This document shows, in pieces, positions 1 to 13,852 of a stretch of DNA of 64,000 nucleotides. Source of the DNA: Eledone cirrhosa. Taxonomy: Eukaryota. A model generated the notes under the pieces. The model made no database searches and was not told the DNA's origin. It saw nothing but the letters and a program-made list of their open reading frames with translations. Position numbers and translations under genes: made by a program. The stretch covers positions 19,840,001-19,904,000 of the forward strand of contig OZ024766.1 of NCBI GenBank assembly GCA_964016885.1, written 5' to 3'. The number at the start of each line of letters is the position of its first letter. Within the stretch, counting starts at the first letter, position 1.

Positions 1-500
1 ACCCATACAGCCCTTTTTTCTATCAGACCCATACAGCCCTTTTTTTCTATCAGACCCATACAGCCCTTTTTTTTCTATCAGACCCATACAGCCCTTTTTT
101 TTCTATCAGACCCATACAGCCCTTTTTTTTTCTATCAGACCCATACAGCCCTTTTTTTTCTATCACTCATACAGCCCTTTTTTTCTATCAGGCCCATACA
201 GCCCTTTTTTTTTCTATCAGACGCATACAGTCCTTTTTTTCTATCAGGCCCATACAGCCCATTTTTTTCTATCACTCATACAGCCCTGTTTTTCTATCAG
301 ACCCAGACAACCCTTTTTTTTCTATCAGGCCCATAGTCTTTTTTTTTCTACCAGACCCATACAGCCCTGTAAGATGTGCTCCTTTATCTATGACCCTTAC
401 AGCCCTTTTTTCTATCAGACCCCTACAGCCCCCAGATGGCAGTGTATAGAGTGTAAGATGTGCTCCTTTTTCTATCAGACCCTTACAGCCCTTTTTTCTA
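1..500. repeat. ~28-31-bp minisatellite (acccatacagccc(t)nctatcag)
   Basis: Direct inspection; more than 12 copies. Confidence 0.9.
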
Positions 501-547
501 TCAGCTCCAACAAAAGGAGCACATCTTACACTCTATACACTGCCAAA

Positions 548-1443
548 TTTACAGTGTGAACTGGGAGCCTTTTTACTGTGTCTCCTACATGACCACTTTA
601 CAGTGTGGACTGGGAGCCTTTTTACTGTGTCTCCTACATGACCACCTTACAGTGTGAACTGGGAGCCTTTTTATTGTGTCTCCTACATGACCACTTTACA
701 GTGTGGACTGGGAGCCTTTTTACTGTGTCTCCTACATGACCACTTTACAGTGTGGACTGGGAGCCTTTTTACTGTGTCTCCTACATGATCACCTTACAGT
801 GTGGACTGGGAGCCTTTTTACTGTGTCCCCTACATGACCACCTTACAGTGAGGACTGGGAGCCTTTTTACTATGTCTCCTACATGACCACTTTACAGTGT
901 GGACTGGGAGCCTTTTTACTGTGTCTCCTACATGACCACTTTACAGTGTGGACTGGGAGCCTTTTTACTGTGTCTCCTACATGACCACTTTACAGTGTGG
1001 ACTGGGAGCCTTTTTACTGTGTCCCCTACATGACCACCTTACAGTGAGGACTGGGAGCCTTTTTACTGTGTCTCCTACATGACCACTTTACAGTGTGGAC
1101 TGGGAGCCTTTTTACTGTGTCTCCTACATGACCACTTTACAGTGTGGACTGGGAGCCTTTTTACTGTGTCTCCTACATGACCACTTTACAGTGTGGACTG
1201 GGAGCCTTTTTACTGTGTCTCCTACATGACCACTTTACAGTGTGGACTGGGAGCCTTTTTACTGTGTCTCCTACATGACCACTTTACAGTGTGGACTGGG
1301 AGCCTTTTTACTGTGTCTCCTACATGACCACTTTACAGTGTGGACTGGGAGCCTTTTTACTGTGTCTCCTACATGACCACTTTACAGTGTGGACTGGGAG
1401 CCTTTATACTGTGTCTCCTACATGACCACTTTACAGTGTGGAC
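548..1443. repeat. 49-bp minisatellite (ttacagtgtggactgggagcctttttactgtgtctcctacatgaccact), SINE-body derived
   Basis: ~18 tandem copies; homologous to the SINE internal 49-mer. Confidence 0.9.
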
Positions 1444-1489
1444 TGTTGTGTCATCGAGACAGTGGATGGAATGGGAGAGGAAGTATGGG

Positions 1490-1614
1490 GTAGGGTTGAC
1501 ACATGTAAAGTTTGAAAAAAATCGGTTGGGTACTTCTCGAGTTTTAGGGATTCAAACTCTCACACACACACGCGCGCGCACGCACACAGACATCATCAGT
1601 TATATATATATAGA
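1490..1614 (-). mobile_element. Helitron 5'-end fragment
   Basis: Reverse complement TCTATATATATATAACTGATGATGTCTGTG...GAATCCCTAAAACTCGAGAAGTACCCAAC matches the 5' end at 46104. Confidence 0.65.
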
Positions 1615-1670
1615 TGTATGTATACACACACACACAGTTTGTTGATCTATCTCTGTTTCTATTTCTACAG

Positions 1671-1749
1671 GATATGTTATTCTGTGATTCATGTGACCGG
1701 GGTTTCCACATGGAATGCTGTGAACCTCCCCTTTACAGGGCACCAAAAG
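1671..1749 (+). CDS. KAT6: KAT6 exon a: PHD finger 2 ([27 protein letters not shown])
   Basis: tttctacag acceptor, g|gtaatt donor; peptide nearly identical to KAT6[21 protein letters not shown]. Confidence 0.95.
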
Positions 1750-1858
1750 GTAATTGACCCCCTTTTTTTTTTTTTGTATCCCATATGAACCCCTAGAAAC
1801 AAATACAGTTGTTCCTCTGGTATTTGCAGGGCTTGGGTTCCTAGCACACCCGCGAAGA

Positions 1859-1928
<70 letters not shown>

Positions 1929-1937
1929 GTATATATA

Positions 1938-3225
1938 TCATCATCATCATCATCACCGTTTTACGTCCGTTCTTCCACGCTAGCATGGGTTAGACAGGTT
2001 GTCCTGCTGTGGGCAGTGTCTGGTCGGCTGACCATGTCTTGTTCATACGGGAACTGGTTCTGGCTTGATTTCTACAGCTGGATGCTCTTCATAACACCAA
2101 CCTCATTTGCAGTGAGTGCTGGGTGCTCTTTTGCCGTGGCACCTCCACGACCACTGTACAGTGAGTGCTGGGTGCTTTTTTGCTGTGGCACCTCCACGAC
2201 CACTTTACAGTGTGGGCTGGGTGCTTTTTTGCCGTGACACCTTCACGACCACTTTACAGTGAGTGCTGGGTGCTTTTTTGCTGTGGCACCTCCACGACCA
2301 CTTTACAGTGAGTGCTGGGTTGTTTTTTTGCTGTGGCACCTCCACGACCACTTTACAGTGAGTGCTGGGTGCTTTTTTGCTGTGGCACCTCCACGACCAC
2401 TTTACAGTGAGTGCTGGGTTGTTTTTTTGCTGTGGCACCTCCACGACCACTTTACAGTGAGTGCTGGGTGCTTTTTTTGCCGTGGTACCTCCACGACCAC
2501 TTTACAGTGAGTGCTGGGTGCTTTTTTGCTGTGGCACCTCCACGACCACTTTACAGTGAGTGCTGGGTGCTTTTTTGCCGTGGCACCTCCACGACCACTT
2601 TACAGTGAGTGCTGGGTGCTTTTTTGCTGTGGCACCTCCACGACCACTTTACAGTGAGTGCTGGGTGCTTTTTTTTGCCGTGGCACCTCCACGACCACTT
2701 TACAGTGTGGGCTGGGTGCTTTTTTGCTGTGGCACCTCCACGACCACTTTACAGTGAGTGCTGGGTTGTTTTTTTGCTGTGGCACCTCCACGACCACTTT
2801 ACAGTGAGTGCTGGGTGCTTTTTTTGCCGTGGTACCTCCACGACCACTGTACAGTGAGTGCTGGGTGCTTTTTTGCTGTGGCACCTCCACGACCACTTTA
2901 CAGTGAGTGCTGGGTGCTTTTTTGCCGTGGCACCTCCACGACCACTTTACAGTGAGTGCTGGGTGCTTTTTTTTGCCGTGGCACCTCCACGACCACTTTA
3001 CAGTGAGTGCTGGGTGCTTTTTTGCCGTGGCACCTCCACGACCACTTTGCAGTGGAACAATAGGGACCCCAGTCCCTATCATCTCATTTCTACAGCTGAG
3101 TAAACTGGAGCAACGTGAAATAAAGTGTCTTGCTCAAGGAAACAACACATCACCCGGTCTGAGAATTGAACTCACGACCTTTCGATTGCAAGCCCAGCGC
3201 TCTAACCACTAAGCCATGTGCCTCC
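1938..3225 (-). mobile_element. tRNA-derived CORE/V-type SINE with ~19 internal 49-bp repeats
   Basis: Minus strand: A box TGGCTTAGTGG, B box GAGTTCAATTC, CCTTGAGCAAGACAC CORE-like box, RTE-like tail ending (ATG)n. Confidence 0.85.
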
Positions 3226-3594
3226 ATCATATGTATGTATATCAGTGGCAAAGGGTAACCTGGAAAGCAGGGCATGCAGTACAACCGCCATCGCGGAAAG
3301 TGGGGCTGTTCAACCGTACCCCCCCAATTCCCTCCAGATGACCCTCCCGGTCAAAGCCGCATATGGTGTTCTCTAGTGTGTGTGTGTGTGTGTGTCTACG
3401 ATTTAGTAAGCAGCCAAAATTTTGCTTGCTTCAACCGGCGCAAATGATCAACTCAAGATTCTATAACGCATGCACTGCATGCGTTGCATCCACGGACCCC
3501 TCGCCCCTGATGTATATTCGCGCGTGGGTCCCTAGACTGTGCTGACGACGGGGGGTTTGTGATGTACTAATGGTGCTTTTGTTTCTATTTAAAG

Positions 3595-3751
3595 GTGCCT
3601 GGATTTGTAAAATCTGTGATCCCCGTAGTGTGAAAAGGGGGAGAAGGGAAGGGGAGGTGGTGGCGAAGGTAACGAGGAACAGTCCTAAATTGGAACGGAA
3701 TGGTATTGAAAGGGTCAACCTGAGGCCCACCACCAAGAGTAGCTCATTGAG
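3595..3751 (+). CDS. KAT6: KAT6 exon b: end of PHD2 (GAWICKICDP) plus basic linker
   Basis: tttaaag acceptor, ag|gtaggt donor; phase 1 in, phase 2 out matches both neighbours. Confidence 0.9.
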
Positions 3752-3779
3752 GTAGGTGGAGTGTCTGTGTTTTATGGCC

Positions 3780-5580
3780 TTGTCTATTGTGTGGTGGGGT
3801 GTGGTGTGGTGAGGTGTGTGGTCTATTGTGGTGTAGTGTAGTGTGTTCTATTGTGGTGTAGTGTAGTGTGTTCTATTGTGGTGTGGTGGGGTGTGGTGGG
3901 GTGGGGTGTGATGAGGTGTGTGGTCTATTGTGGTGTAGTGTAGTGTGTTCTATTGTGGTGTGGTGGGGTGTGGTGAGGTGTGTGGTCTATTGTGGTGTAG
4001 TGTAGTGTGTTCTATTGTGGTATGGTCTTGTCTATTGTGTGGTGGGGTGTGGTGAGGTGTGTGGTCTATTGTGGTGTAGTGTAGTGTGTTCTATTGTGGT
4101 GTGGTGGGGTGTGGTCTATTGTGGTGTAGTGTAGTGTGTTCTATTGTGGTGTGGTGGGGTGTGGTGAGGTGTGTGGTCTATTGTGGTGTAGTGTAGTGTG
4201 TTCTATTGTGGTGTGGTGGGGTGTGGTGAGGTGTGTGGTCTATTGTGGTGTAGTGTAGTGTGTTCTATTGTGGTGTGGTGTGGTGTGGTGGGGTGTGGTG
4301 AGGTGTGTGGTCTATTGTGGTGTAGTGTAGTGTGTTCTATTGTGGTGTGGTGGGGTGTGGTGAGGTGTGTGGTCTATTGTGGTGTAGTGTAGTGTGTTCT
4401 ATTGTGGTATGGTCTTGTCTATTGTGTGGTGGGGTGTGGTGAGGTGTGTGGTCTATTGTGGTGTAGTGTAGTGTGTTCTATTGTGGTGTGGTGGGGTGTG
4501 TGGTCTATTGTGGTGTAGTGTAGTGTGTTCTATTGTGGTGTGGTGTGGTGGGGTGTGGTGAGGTGTGTGGTCTATTGTGGTGTAGTGTAGTGTGTTCTAT
4601 TGTGGTGTGGTGGGGTGTGGTGAGGTGTGTGGTCTATTGTGGTGTAGTGTAGTGTGTTCTATTGTGGTGTGGTGTGGTGGGGTGTGGTGAGGTGTGTGGT
4701 CTATTGTGGTGTAGTGTAGTGTGTTCTATTGTGGTGTGGTGGGGTGTGGTGAGGTGTGTGGTCTATTGTGGTGTAGTGTAGTGTGTTCTATTGTGGTGTG
4801 GTGTGGTGGGGTGGGGTGGGGTGTGGTGTGGTGGGGTGGGGTGTGGTGAGGTGTGTGGTCTATTGTGGTGTAGTGTAGTGTTGTGGTGTAGTGTGGTGTG
4901 GTGTGTTCTATTGTGGTGTAGTGTAGTGTGGTGGGGTGTGTGTTCTATTGTAGTGTAGTGTGGTGTGTTCTATTGTGGTGTAGTGTAGTGTGGTGGGGTG
5001 TGTGTTCTATTGTGGTGTAGTGTAGTGTGGTGTGGTCTATTGTGGTGTAGTGTAGTGTGGTGGGGTGTGTGTTCTATTGTGGTGTAGTGTAGTGGTGTGT
5101 GGTCTATTGTGGTGTGGTGTGTTCTATTGTGGTGTCGTGTAGTGTGGTGTGTGGTGGTGTGGTGTGTTCTATTGTGGTGTCGTGTGGTGTAGTGTGGTGT
5201 CGTGTGTGGTCTATTGTAGTGTAGTGTGGTGTAGTGTGGTGTGTGGTCTATTGTGGTGTGGTGTAGTGTGGTGTGTGGTCTATTGTGGTGTGGTGAGGTG
5301 TGGCATGGTGTGTGCTCTCTATTGTGGGTGTATGTGTGGATGTACTTATCTCTCTCCCTCTCCTCTCTCTCTCTCTCTCTTTCCCTTCTCTAACTATCTC
5401 TCTCTCTCCTCTCTCTCTCTCTTTCCCTTCTCTAACTATCTCTCTCTCTCCTCTATCTCCCTCTCTCCCCTCTCTCTCTCTCTCTCCCCTTCCCTTCTCT
5501 AACTATCTCTCTATCTCCTCTCTCTCCCTCTCCCCTCTCTAACTCTCTCTTTCCCTTCTCTAACTCTCTCTCTCTCTTCC
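3780..5580. repeat. (GTGTG/GTGTA)n pentamer satellite followed by (CT)n tract
   Basis: Direct inspection; fills almost the whole intron b-c. Confidence 0.95.
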
Positions 5581-5584
5581 ACAG

Positions 5585-8373
5585 GCACTCCACATGCTCC
5601 CGACTAACCCCACAGCAGCAGCAGCCGCCACAACAACAACAACAGCAACAACAACAACAAACAGTGCCTACGACAGCTGCCCCGCCGGTCACCCGACGAG
5701 GTTCAGCGGGGGCAAGATGGAAAGAGCAGCGAAGTATGAGGAGGACGAGCAGCCGGTGTAGGTCGTCGCCTTTGTCCTCCTCCTCCTCCTTTTTGTCATC
5801 GTCGTCGTCGTCGTCATCGTCCTCGACGACGACGGCGGCGGCGGCTGCTGCATCGACGATGGCTACGACAACAACAACAACAACAACAACAACGTCATCG
5901 TCAACCGTGTTGAACAATAGTGGTGAGGGTGGTGGTGGGGTGTCACCTGCCAGTGAAACGGATCACCTCTCTAACCACCAACACCAACACCACCACCACC
6001 ACAACAACACCAACCACCACCATCATCATCATAACAGCCGCCACAGCAGCAGCAGCCAGCAGCAGCAGCAGCATCAACATCATCAGCAGCAGCATTTAAT
6101 GCATCCTGGTAAAGTACCCTCTCTTCAACAACAACAACAACAACAACAACAACACGAAAACGGGGACAGGCGATGCCCTGCGACACTGTCGTCGCGCTCG
6201 TCTCCCGCGTCACCGCCGCCACCTCCACCACCACCACCACCACCACAACAGTTGTCGTCGTCGGAGAGCGAGGAGCCCGACAGCGCTGGACGGGATCGCA
6301 CGGGCCCGAGTAGTTCTTCTGCTTCGTCTTCTGCTTCTTCTTCGTCGTCGTCGTCGTTGTTGTTGTCGTCGTCTACGTCGACGGCAACGGGCCCGACACT
6401 CGAGAAGGGCAAGTTAAACAGCAACAACAACAACAACAGCAGCAACAACAGTGGTAGTGGTAGCAGCAAGCCGAAGGGTCTTTTCGATGGGCTCTCGCGC
6501 TTTTTCACCCCTTCGAATAAGCGGAAATCCCGAGTCTCGTTAAATACCTGTAGCTCAAACACCCCTGATCCCTCGTCAAACCCTTCGGGCCCCACCTCTT
6601 CCACTTCTTCGCTGACCCCACTTCTTCCCGCCCTCAGCCCTCACGACACCACCACCACCACCACCTGTTCGACTCGTGTTCCTTCTCTCTCCACTTCATC
6701 GTCTTTGTCTTCTTCTTCTTCTTCTTCGTCGTCCCCATCGCTGCCACCTCCGTCACTCTCATCGTCATCGTCATCATCGACCTCGATAGCAACATCCACA
6801 TCATCATCCACATCATCCATATCATCATCATCATCATCGTGTTTAACGTTACAGCAACACCACCAACATAATACAGTCCTTTTCCCCGCCTCAGCATTAG
6901 TGGCGGGAGGCCAACAACAACAACAACAACAACAACAACAGGGCATTCAGTGTCAGAGCAACTCGCAGCAGGCTGCCAGCAAGCTGCTGCGCAAGTCTCG
7001 CATCCTGCAGGCCAGCAAGGGCCGGAAGAGGGCCGGAGGAGGCCCGCCGGGCAGCGGCCAGCTGAAGGGGCTGTTTGACGGCCTCTCGCACCTGTTCGCG
7101 GCGCAGGGCGAGTGCCGCAAGCGCAACGTCCCCGTTTACACGCCGCCGCGGCGGATGCGCCGCGCGCGCTCCAGCGACGCGCCCGCCTCCCCCCCGCCTC
7201 AAGCAGTCGCGGCCACTACGACTACTACTGCGACTGCTACTAGTACTGCTACTACTACTACTACAACAACAACTAGAACCAATAATAATAGTAATAATAA
7301 TAATAATAACGCTGCGTTGCCGTCGGTTACGGTCGGCGCGACTGCGGCGATCGACTCCGCCCCCGCCGTCGTGTCGACACCAGCTGCATCTCCTCAGCGA
7401 CAGGCGGCTGCATCCACGTCGCCCACCGCCGCCGCCACCACCACCACCTCTCGTTTGCATCGTCCCTCTGGTGCACATCGGCAGAGGAGCGCCGCGGCTG
7501 CAAATAGAGCTGCTGCGGCTGCTGCAGCAGCAGCAGTTGCTACGACGGCAACGACGACGACAGCAACGGCAACAACAGCAACGGCAACAACAGCAACAGC
7601 GGCAGGTGTGTCGTCGACTTCGACATCGCGGCGCGCGAGCCACCACCTGGACTGCGCCGCCGCCGCCGCGACCAGCCGTCGCAGCACGGTGTCGACTCGG
7701 GCGGGAAGCCGCGGCACCACGAGGCGCGACAGTCAGGCTACCCGCTCGACGCTGCTGCAGCAGCAGCAACAACAACAACAACAACAGCAGCAGCACCGAC
7801 AACAACAACAACAACAACAACAGCAACAACAACCACCACAAACAACGCCGACCCTGCCTTCACCTCCATCCTCCTCGCTGCGGCCCCCACAACCAGCAGC
7901 CCCGCCGGCTCACCCCCTGCCCCCCTCATCCTCCTCGTCGCCCCCTACACCGGCACCACCATCATCATCGTCATCCTCAGCGTCGCCGTCCCCCCAGCCG
8001 CCACCAACGCCGTCCAGGAGGGGGAGGGGGAGGGCCAGGGACCGTAACTCTTCCTGCTCCTCCACCGCCGCCTCCAAGTCTGGTCCGACAGCAGCAGCAG
8101 CAGCAACCAACACCTCCACCCCCACCACCTCCGCCCCCTCCTCATCCTCGCCTTCTTCTTCATCGTTAACAAGGGCAGTTGCTGGAGGAGCTTCTGTTGC
8201 CAAGGGCAACATTAACAACAACACTGCTGCTGCTGCTGCTTCCACTCCTTCCCCCACTACTACTACTACCACTTCTACTACCACTACTACTCCGACTCTG
8301 ACCACTACTACCACTACGGCACGAGTAGCCACATCTACTACTACTACTACTACTACTACTGCTGCTACTACTG

Positions 8374-8408
<35 letters not shown>

Positions 8409-8640
8409 AACGCCAGCAACAACAACAACACCACCACCACCACCACTCCAACTCCAACCACCACCACTACTACAACAACAACACCATCAACTACTCCCTC
8501 GGCCGACAAGCAACAACAACAACAACAACAACAACACCACCACCAGCAGCAGCACCAGCGCGATGTCAAAGACACGCTGGCCGGGTCCACTGAGCTGCCG
8601 AGCGCCACAGCTAGGGCACGTGGGCGGTACAGGTCGTCTG
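5585..8640 (+). CDS. KAT6: KAT6 exon c: 3,056-nt low-complexity exon with KGLFDGLSRFFTPS and QLKGLFDGLSHLF motifs
   Basis: (CT)n tract + acag acceptor; open frame (ORF 5664-8777); tctg|gtaaga donor; both motifs are conserved in KAT6A/B. Confidence 0.9.
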
Positions 8641-8707
8641 GTAAGAGACTTGGTTGGTTCTGCAGTGTCTTTGTCTGTATTATGTCCATCAGTATGTTTA
8701 AATATTA

Positions 8708-8738
<31 letters not shown>

Positions 8739-8742
8739 ATAT

Positions 8743-9680
8743 ATTGTTATACTTTGGGAGGGTCATGTTGCCAATAAGAAACACACGGCACCAGTTGCTT
8801 TCACTTCAATTTATTATAATAAATTTATAAATTTAGGAATTTATAAATTTCCAGTTGGTTGGTTGGTTCCACAACCGGATGGTTGTTTATATATTGTCAA
8901 AGTTCTTTCGTCACACATTCTGTGACCTCTTCAGTGACTGGGGATTTTTTTCTTTGTTTTTTGTGCCCCTCCTTTGTTCTGTCCTACGCCATCTTGTTTT
9001 TGTGTGTGTGTTGTGTGCTTAGTTTGCATGTGTTACATCCGGGTGTCTGTGTGTTTCACTCCCATTTATTATAAATTAAATTTATATATTTAAGAATTTA
9101 TAAATTTCCGGTTGGTTGGTTCCACAACTGGACGGTTCTTCATATATTGTAAAAGTTCTTTCGTCACACTTTCTGTGACCTCTTCAGTGACTGGGGATTC
9201 TTTTCTTTGTTTTTGTGTCACTCCTTTGTTCCTGTTCTACGCCATCTTGTTGGCGTAGGACAACAAAGGAGAGGCACAAAACAAAGAAAAGAATCCTTTG
9301 TTCCTGTCCTACGCCATCTTTTTGGCGTAGGACAGGAACAAAGGAGAGGAACAAAACAAAGAAAATAATCCTTTGTTCCTGTCCTACGCCATCTTGTTGG
9401 CGTAGGACAACACAGGAGAGGCACAAAACAAAGAAAAGAATCCCCAGTCACTGAAGAGGTCACAGAATGTGTGACGAAAGAACTTTGACAATATATGAAC
9501 AACCGTCCGGTTGTGGAACCAACCAACCGGAAATTTATAAATTTAATTTATAATAAATTGAAGTGAAAGCAACTGGTGCGTGTGTTTCTTATTGGCAACA
9601 TGACCCTCCCAAAGTATAACAATATCGGTTTCAACACACGTTTTCTGATAAAGAATCTTGCTAAACAAATTCAGAAACGA
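8743..9680. mobile_element. Fold-back (Penelope pLTR-like) element with three hammerhead motifs
   Basis: 8743-9000 is inverted at ~9390-9625; hammerhead cores at 8896-8938(-), 9149-9191(-), 9447-9489(+). Confidence 0.7.
9447..9489 (+). ncRNA. Minimal type I hammerhead ribozyme-like motif
   Basis: GTCA-CTGAAGA-G-GTCAC agaatgt GTGAC-GAAA-G aa C-TT-TGAC: stems I and II pair, core CUGANGA/GAAA/UH present. Confidence 0.7.
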
Positions 9681-9896
9681 AATATATATATATATAGATA
9701 TATATGTGTGTGTGTGTATATATGTGTGTGTGTATATATATATGTGTATATATGTGTGTGTATATATATATATATATATATTTATATGTATGTATGTATA
9801 TGTATATATATTATGCTTAGATAGCAGAACGTATGTGTAGAAAAACCATACCCGTACTGTGTATTACTTATGACAGTGTACGAAAACAGAGCAGTT

Positions 9897-10472
9897 ATAG
9901 TAAGAGAAAACAAAGAGCGCTTATAGCATCAACCAGTTTTTATTCACTGACAGTTTCATCCATACCATTGGGCAGGACTCATCAGAGCGTTGAAAACAAA
10001 AATACAATAATGAAGAAAAGCTCTACCGACCTAAATCATAAGAACAATAGATATATGGTAAGGGATCAGAGAATAATACCGAGAATGGAGTTGATACATA
10101 ATAAGGGTTGTTAGTCAGAGTAAGGAAAAATAAAATAAACTGAAGTAATCACACAAGAGATAGATGCATGTGAAGGAATCAGTCAAGGCTATAAAGAAAA
10201 AGGAAGAAAACTAAAAAATAATAAAAAAAAATAAAAATAAAATAAATTAAAGATGAGAAAAAAAAAAGAATAAAAATCACCTCCATTCTCGGTATTATTC
10301 TCTGATCCCTTACCATATATCTATTGTTCTTATGATTTAGGTCGGTAGAGCTTATCTTCATTACTGTATTTTTGTTTTCAACGCTCTGATGAGTCCTGCC
10401 CATGGTATGGATGAAACTGTCAGTGAATAAAAATTGATTAATTTTATAAGCGCTCTTTGTTTTCTCTTACTA
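9897..10472. mobile_element. Fold-back element, ~190-bp inverted arms, each with a hammerhead motif
   Basis: Arms ~9900-10090 and ~10281-10470; cores at 9945-9989(-) and 10382-10425(+). Confidence 0.7.
10382..10425 (+). ncRNA. Minimal hammerhead ribozyme-like motif
   Basis: CGCT-CTGATGA-GTCC...GGAT-GAAAC-T-GTC-AGTG, canonical GUC cleavage triplet. Confidence 0.72.
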
Positions 10473-12169
10473 TATGTATATATGTATATGTGTATATATA
10501 TATATGTATATGTGTGTGTGTATATATATATATATGTATACGTGTATGTATATGTATATGTGTATGTATATATGTATATGTGTATATATATATGTATATG
10601 TGTATGTGTGTATATATGTGTATATATATATGTGTATATATATGTGTATGTATATGTGTATATATATATATGTGTATATATATGTATATGTGTATATATG
10701 TATATGTGTGTATATATATATATATGTGTATATATATATATGTGTATATATATATATGTGTATATATATGTATATGTGTATATATGTATATGTGTGTATA
10801 TGTGTATATATGTCTATATATATATATGTGTATATATATATGTATATGTGTATATATGTCTATATATATATATGTGTGTATATATATATGTGTATATATG
10901 TCTATATATATATATGTGTATATATATATGTATATGTGTATATATGTCTATATATATATATGTGTATATATATATGTATATGTGTATATATGTCTATATA
11001 TATATATATGTGTATATATATGTAAATGTGTGTATATATATATATATGTAAATGTGTGTATATATATATATATATGTATATGTGTATATATATGTGTGTC
11101 TATATATATATTTGTGTGTATATACGTGTGTGTGTGTATATATATATATGTATGTGTGTATATATGTGTATATATATATATGTATGTGTGTATATGTATG
11201 TGTGTGTCTATATGTGTATATGTATGTGTGTGTCTATGTATATATGTGTGTGTGTGTGTATATATATATATATGTGAGTGTGTATGTATTATATATATAT
11301 ATATATTTATATTATATATATATATATGTGAGTGTGTATGTATTATATATATATGTGTGTATATATGTATGTGTACATTTATATGTATATATATATGTGT
11401 ATATATGTATATATATATGTGTATATATGTATATATATATATGTGTATATATGTATATATATGTGTGTATATATATATATGTATATATATGTGTGTATAT
11501 ATATATATGTATATATATGTGTGTGTATATATATGTATATATATGTGTGTGTATATATATGTATATATATGTGTGTGTATATATATATATATATATATGT
11601 GTGTACATATGTATATATATATATGTGTATATATGTATATATATATATGTGTATATATGTATATATGTGTATATATGTATATATGTGTATATATGTATAT
11701 ATATGTATGTATGGATATATATGTATGTATATATATATGTGTGTATATATGTATATGTGTGTATACATATATATATATGTATATATATATATATGTGTGT
11801 ATATATATATACATAAAGTATATATGTATACATGATATATATATATGTCTGTGTGTTATATATATATATACATATATATATATACATATATATATACATA
11901 CATATATATATATATATATCTTTTGTCTATATATCCACCCCTCCATCGAATCATCTAAATTATATACCATATACTTACATATATATATATATATAGATAT
12001 ATACATATATATATGTATATATACATATATATACATATATATATAGATATATAGATATATATATGTATATATATACATATATACACACATGTTGTTGTTG
12101 TTGTTACATCTCGCGAACACTTCTCTGGGTTTGAATTACACCGTAGGGTTCTTATGTTTTAATGAATGG

Positions 12170-12210
<41 letters not shown>

Positions 12211-12425
12211 TATATATATATACACACATAATATATATATATGTGTATGTATATGTGTATATTTATTTACATATGTGCATGTGTATATGTTTATGCATTT
12301 ATATATATGTATATGTGTATATGCATGTACACACACATATATATATATATATATATATGTGTGTAATATGCATGTATATATATATATATGTATGTATGTG
12401 TGTATGTATATATATGTGTGTATGC

Positions 12426-12471
<46 letters not shown>

Positions 12472-12946
12472 CACACATATATGTATATATATATGTGTGT
12501 ATATATGTGTGTAGATATGTGTATATGCATGTATATATACATATACATGTGTGTATATGCATTTATATATACATATATGTATATGCATGTATATATATAT
12601 ACATATATATGTATATGCATGTATATATATATACATGTGTATATGCATGTATATATATACATGTGTATATGCATGTATATATATACATATGTGTATATGC
12701 ATGTATATATATATATACATATGTGTATATGCATGTATATATATACATATATGTGTATATGCATGTATATATATATATATACATATATGTGTATATGCAT
12801 GTATAAAAATATATATACAAATGTGTATATACATGTCTATATACATATATGTTTATACATGTATATATATATGTATATGTATGAATATATATATATGAAT
12901 ATATATATATATGTATATATGTATATGTATGAATATATATATATGA

Positions 12947-12981
<35 letters not shown>

Positions 12982-13030
12982 TGTATATGTATGAATATAT
13001 ATATTTCTATATATATGTATATATATATAT
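10473..13030. repeat. Compound (TA)n/(TG)n/(CA)n microsatellite field
   Basis: Direct inspection; similar fields at 14110-15110, 16040-16520, 33045-34225 and 45250-46060. Confidence 0.97.
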
Positions 13031-13244
13031 ACTAATTTATTAAAATCACACATTAAAGTTTAAGCAAATAGTTTCAGAAGATCCCGTTAAGGGTGAAAGC
13101 AGCAATTCTTTGCTGAAACTTTAATCTGCTATTTTAATAAATATTTGCTCTACGGTTCTTATATATTTGATATATTTATCCTTATCGAGCCCTCTTTGGA
13201 TTTTAGTCTTCACATTTATTATTATAACTATATATATATATAAA

Positions 13245-13516
13245 GCAGAAGGGGTATTTAATTTGTTGGAATTCCAACAAGCATAAATGTTTATAACTGA
13301 TTTAGAGCACTCAACAGTTTACTGGAGTAAATGTTCAATGATATTAAGTAAATGGAAACTATATTTATAAAACCATATTTATTTTATTATACATATTTCA
13401 AGGCCAACCAAGGCAAATTATGGTGCACTTTCATCAGATAAAATAATATATACCAGTTTTATAAATAAATATTGACATACCTGGAACAAAAGACAACCTT
13501 AACTGTTGGAGCTTCC

Positions 13517-13552
<36 letters not shown>

Positions 13553-13804
13553 AATATATATATAATCGTTAGGTTGTCTTTTTTTTCAGGTATGTCAATA
13601 TTTATTTATAAAAGAAATCTGTATTTTATCTGATGAAAGCGCACCATAATTTGCCTTGGTTGCCCTTGAAATATGTATAATAAAAAAAAATATGGTTTTA
13701 TAAATATAGTTTCCATTTATTAATATATTCTATATTTACTCCACTAAACCGTTGAGTGCTTTATATCAGTTATAAAAGATTTAAAAATTAAATATAACCT
13801 CTGC

Positions 13805-13805
<1 letters not shown>
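13245..13805. mobile_element. Fold-back element (~250-bp arms around (TA)n) with hammerhead-like cores
   Basis: 13245-13503 inverted at 13568-13805; CTGATGA-aag..ctt-GAAATATGTA at 13630-13677; relatives at 22650-22890(-), 35570-35800(+), 36270-36421(-). Confidence 0.7.

Positions 13806-13852
<47 letters not shown>

Noticed and set aside
2100-3050. CRISPR-like regular arrays (49-bp units; also 40470-42325 with variable spacers)
   Set aside because: No unique spacers, no cas genes, eukaryotic intron context; units derive from SINE body or microsatellite
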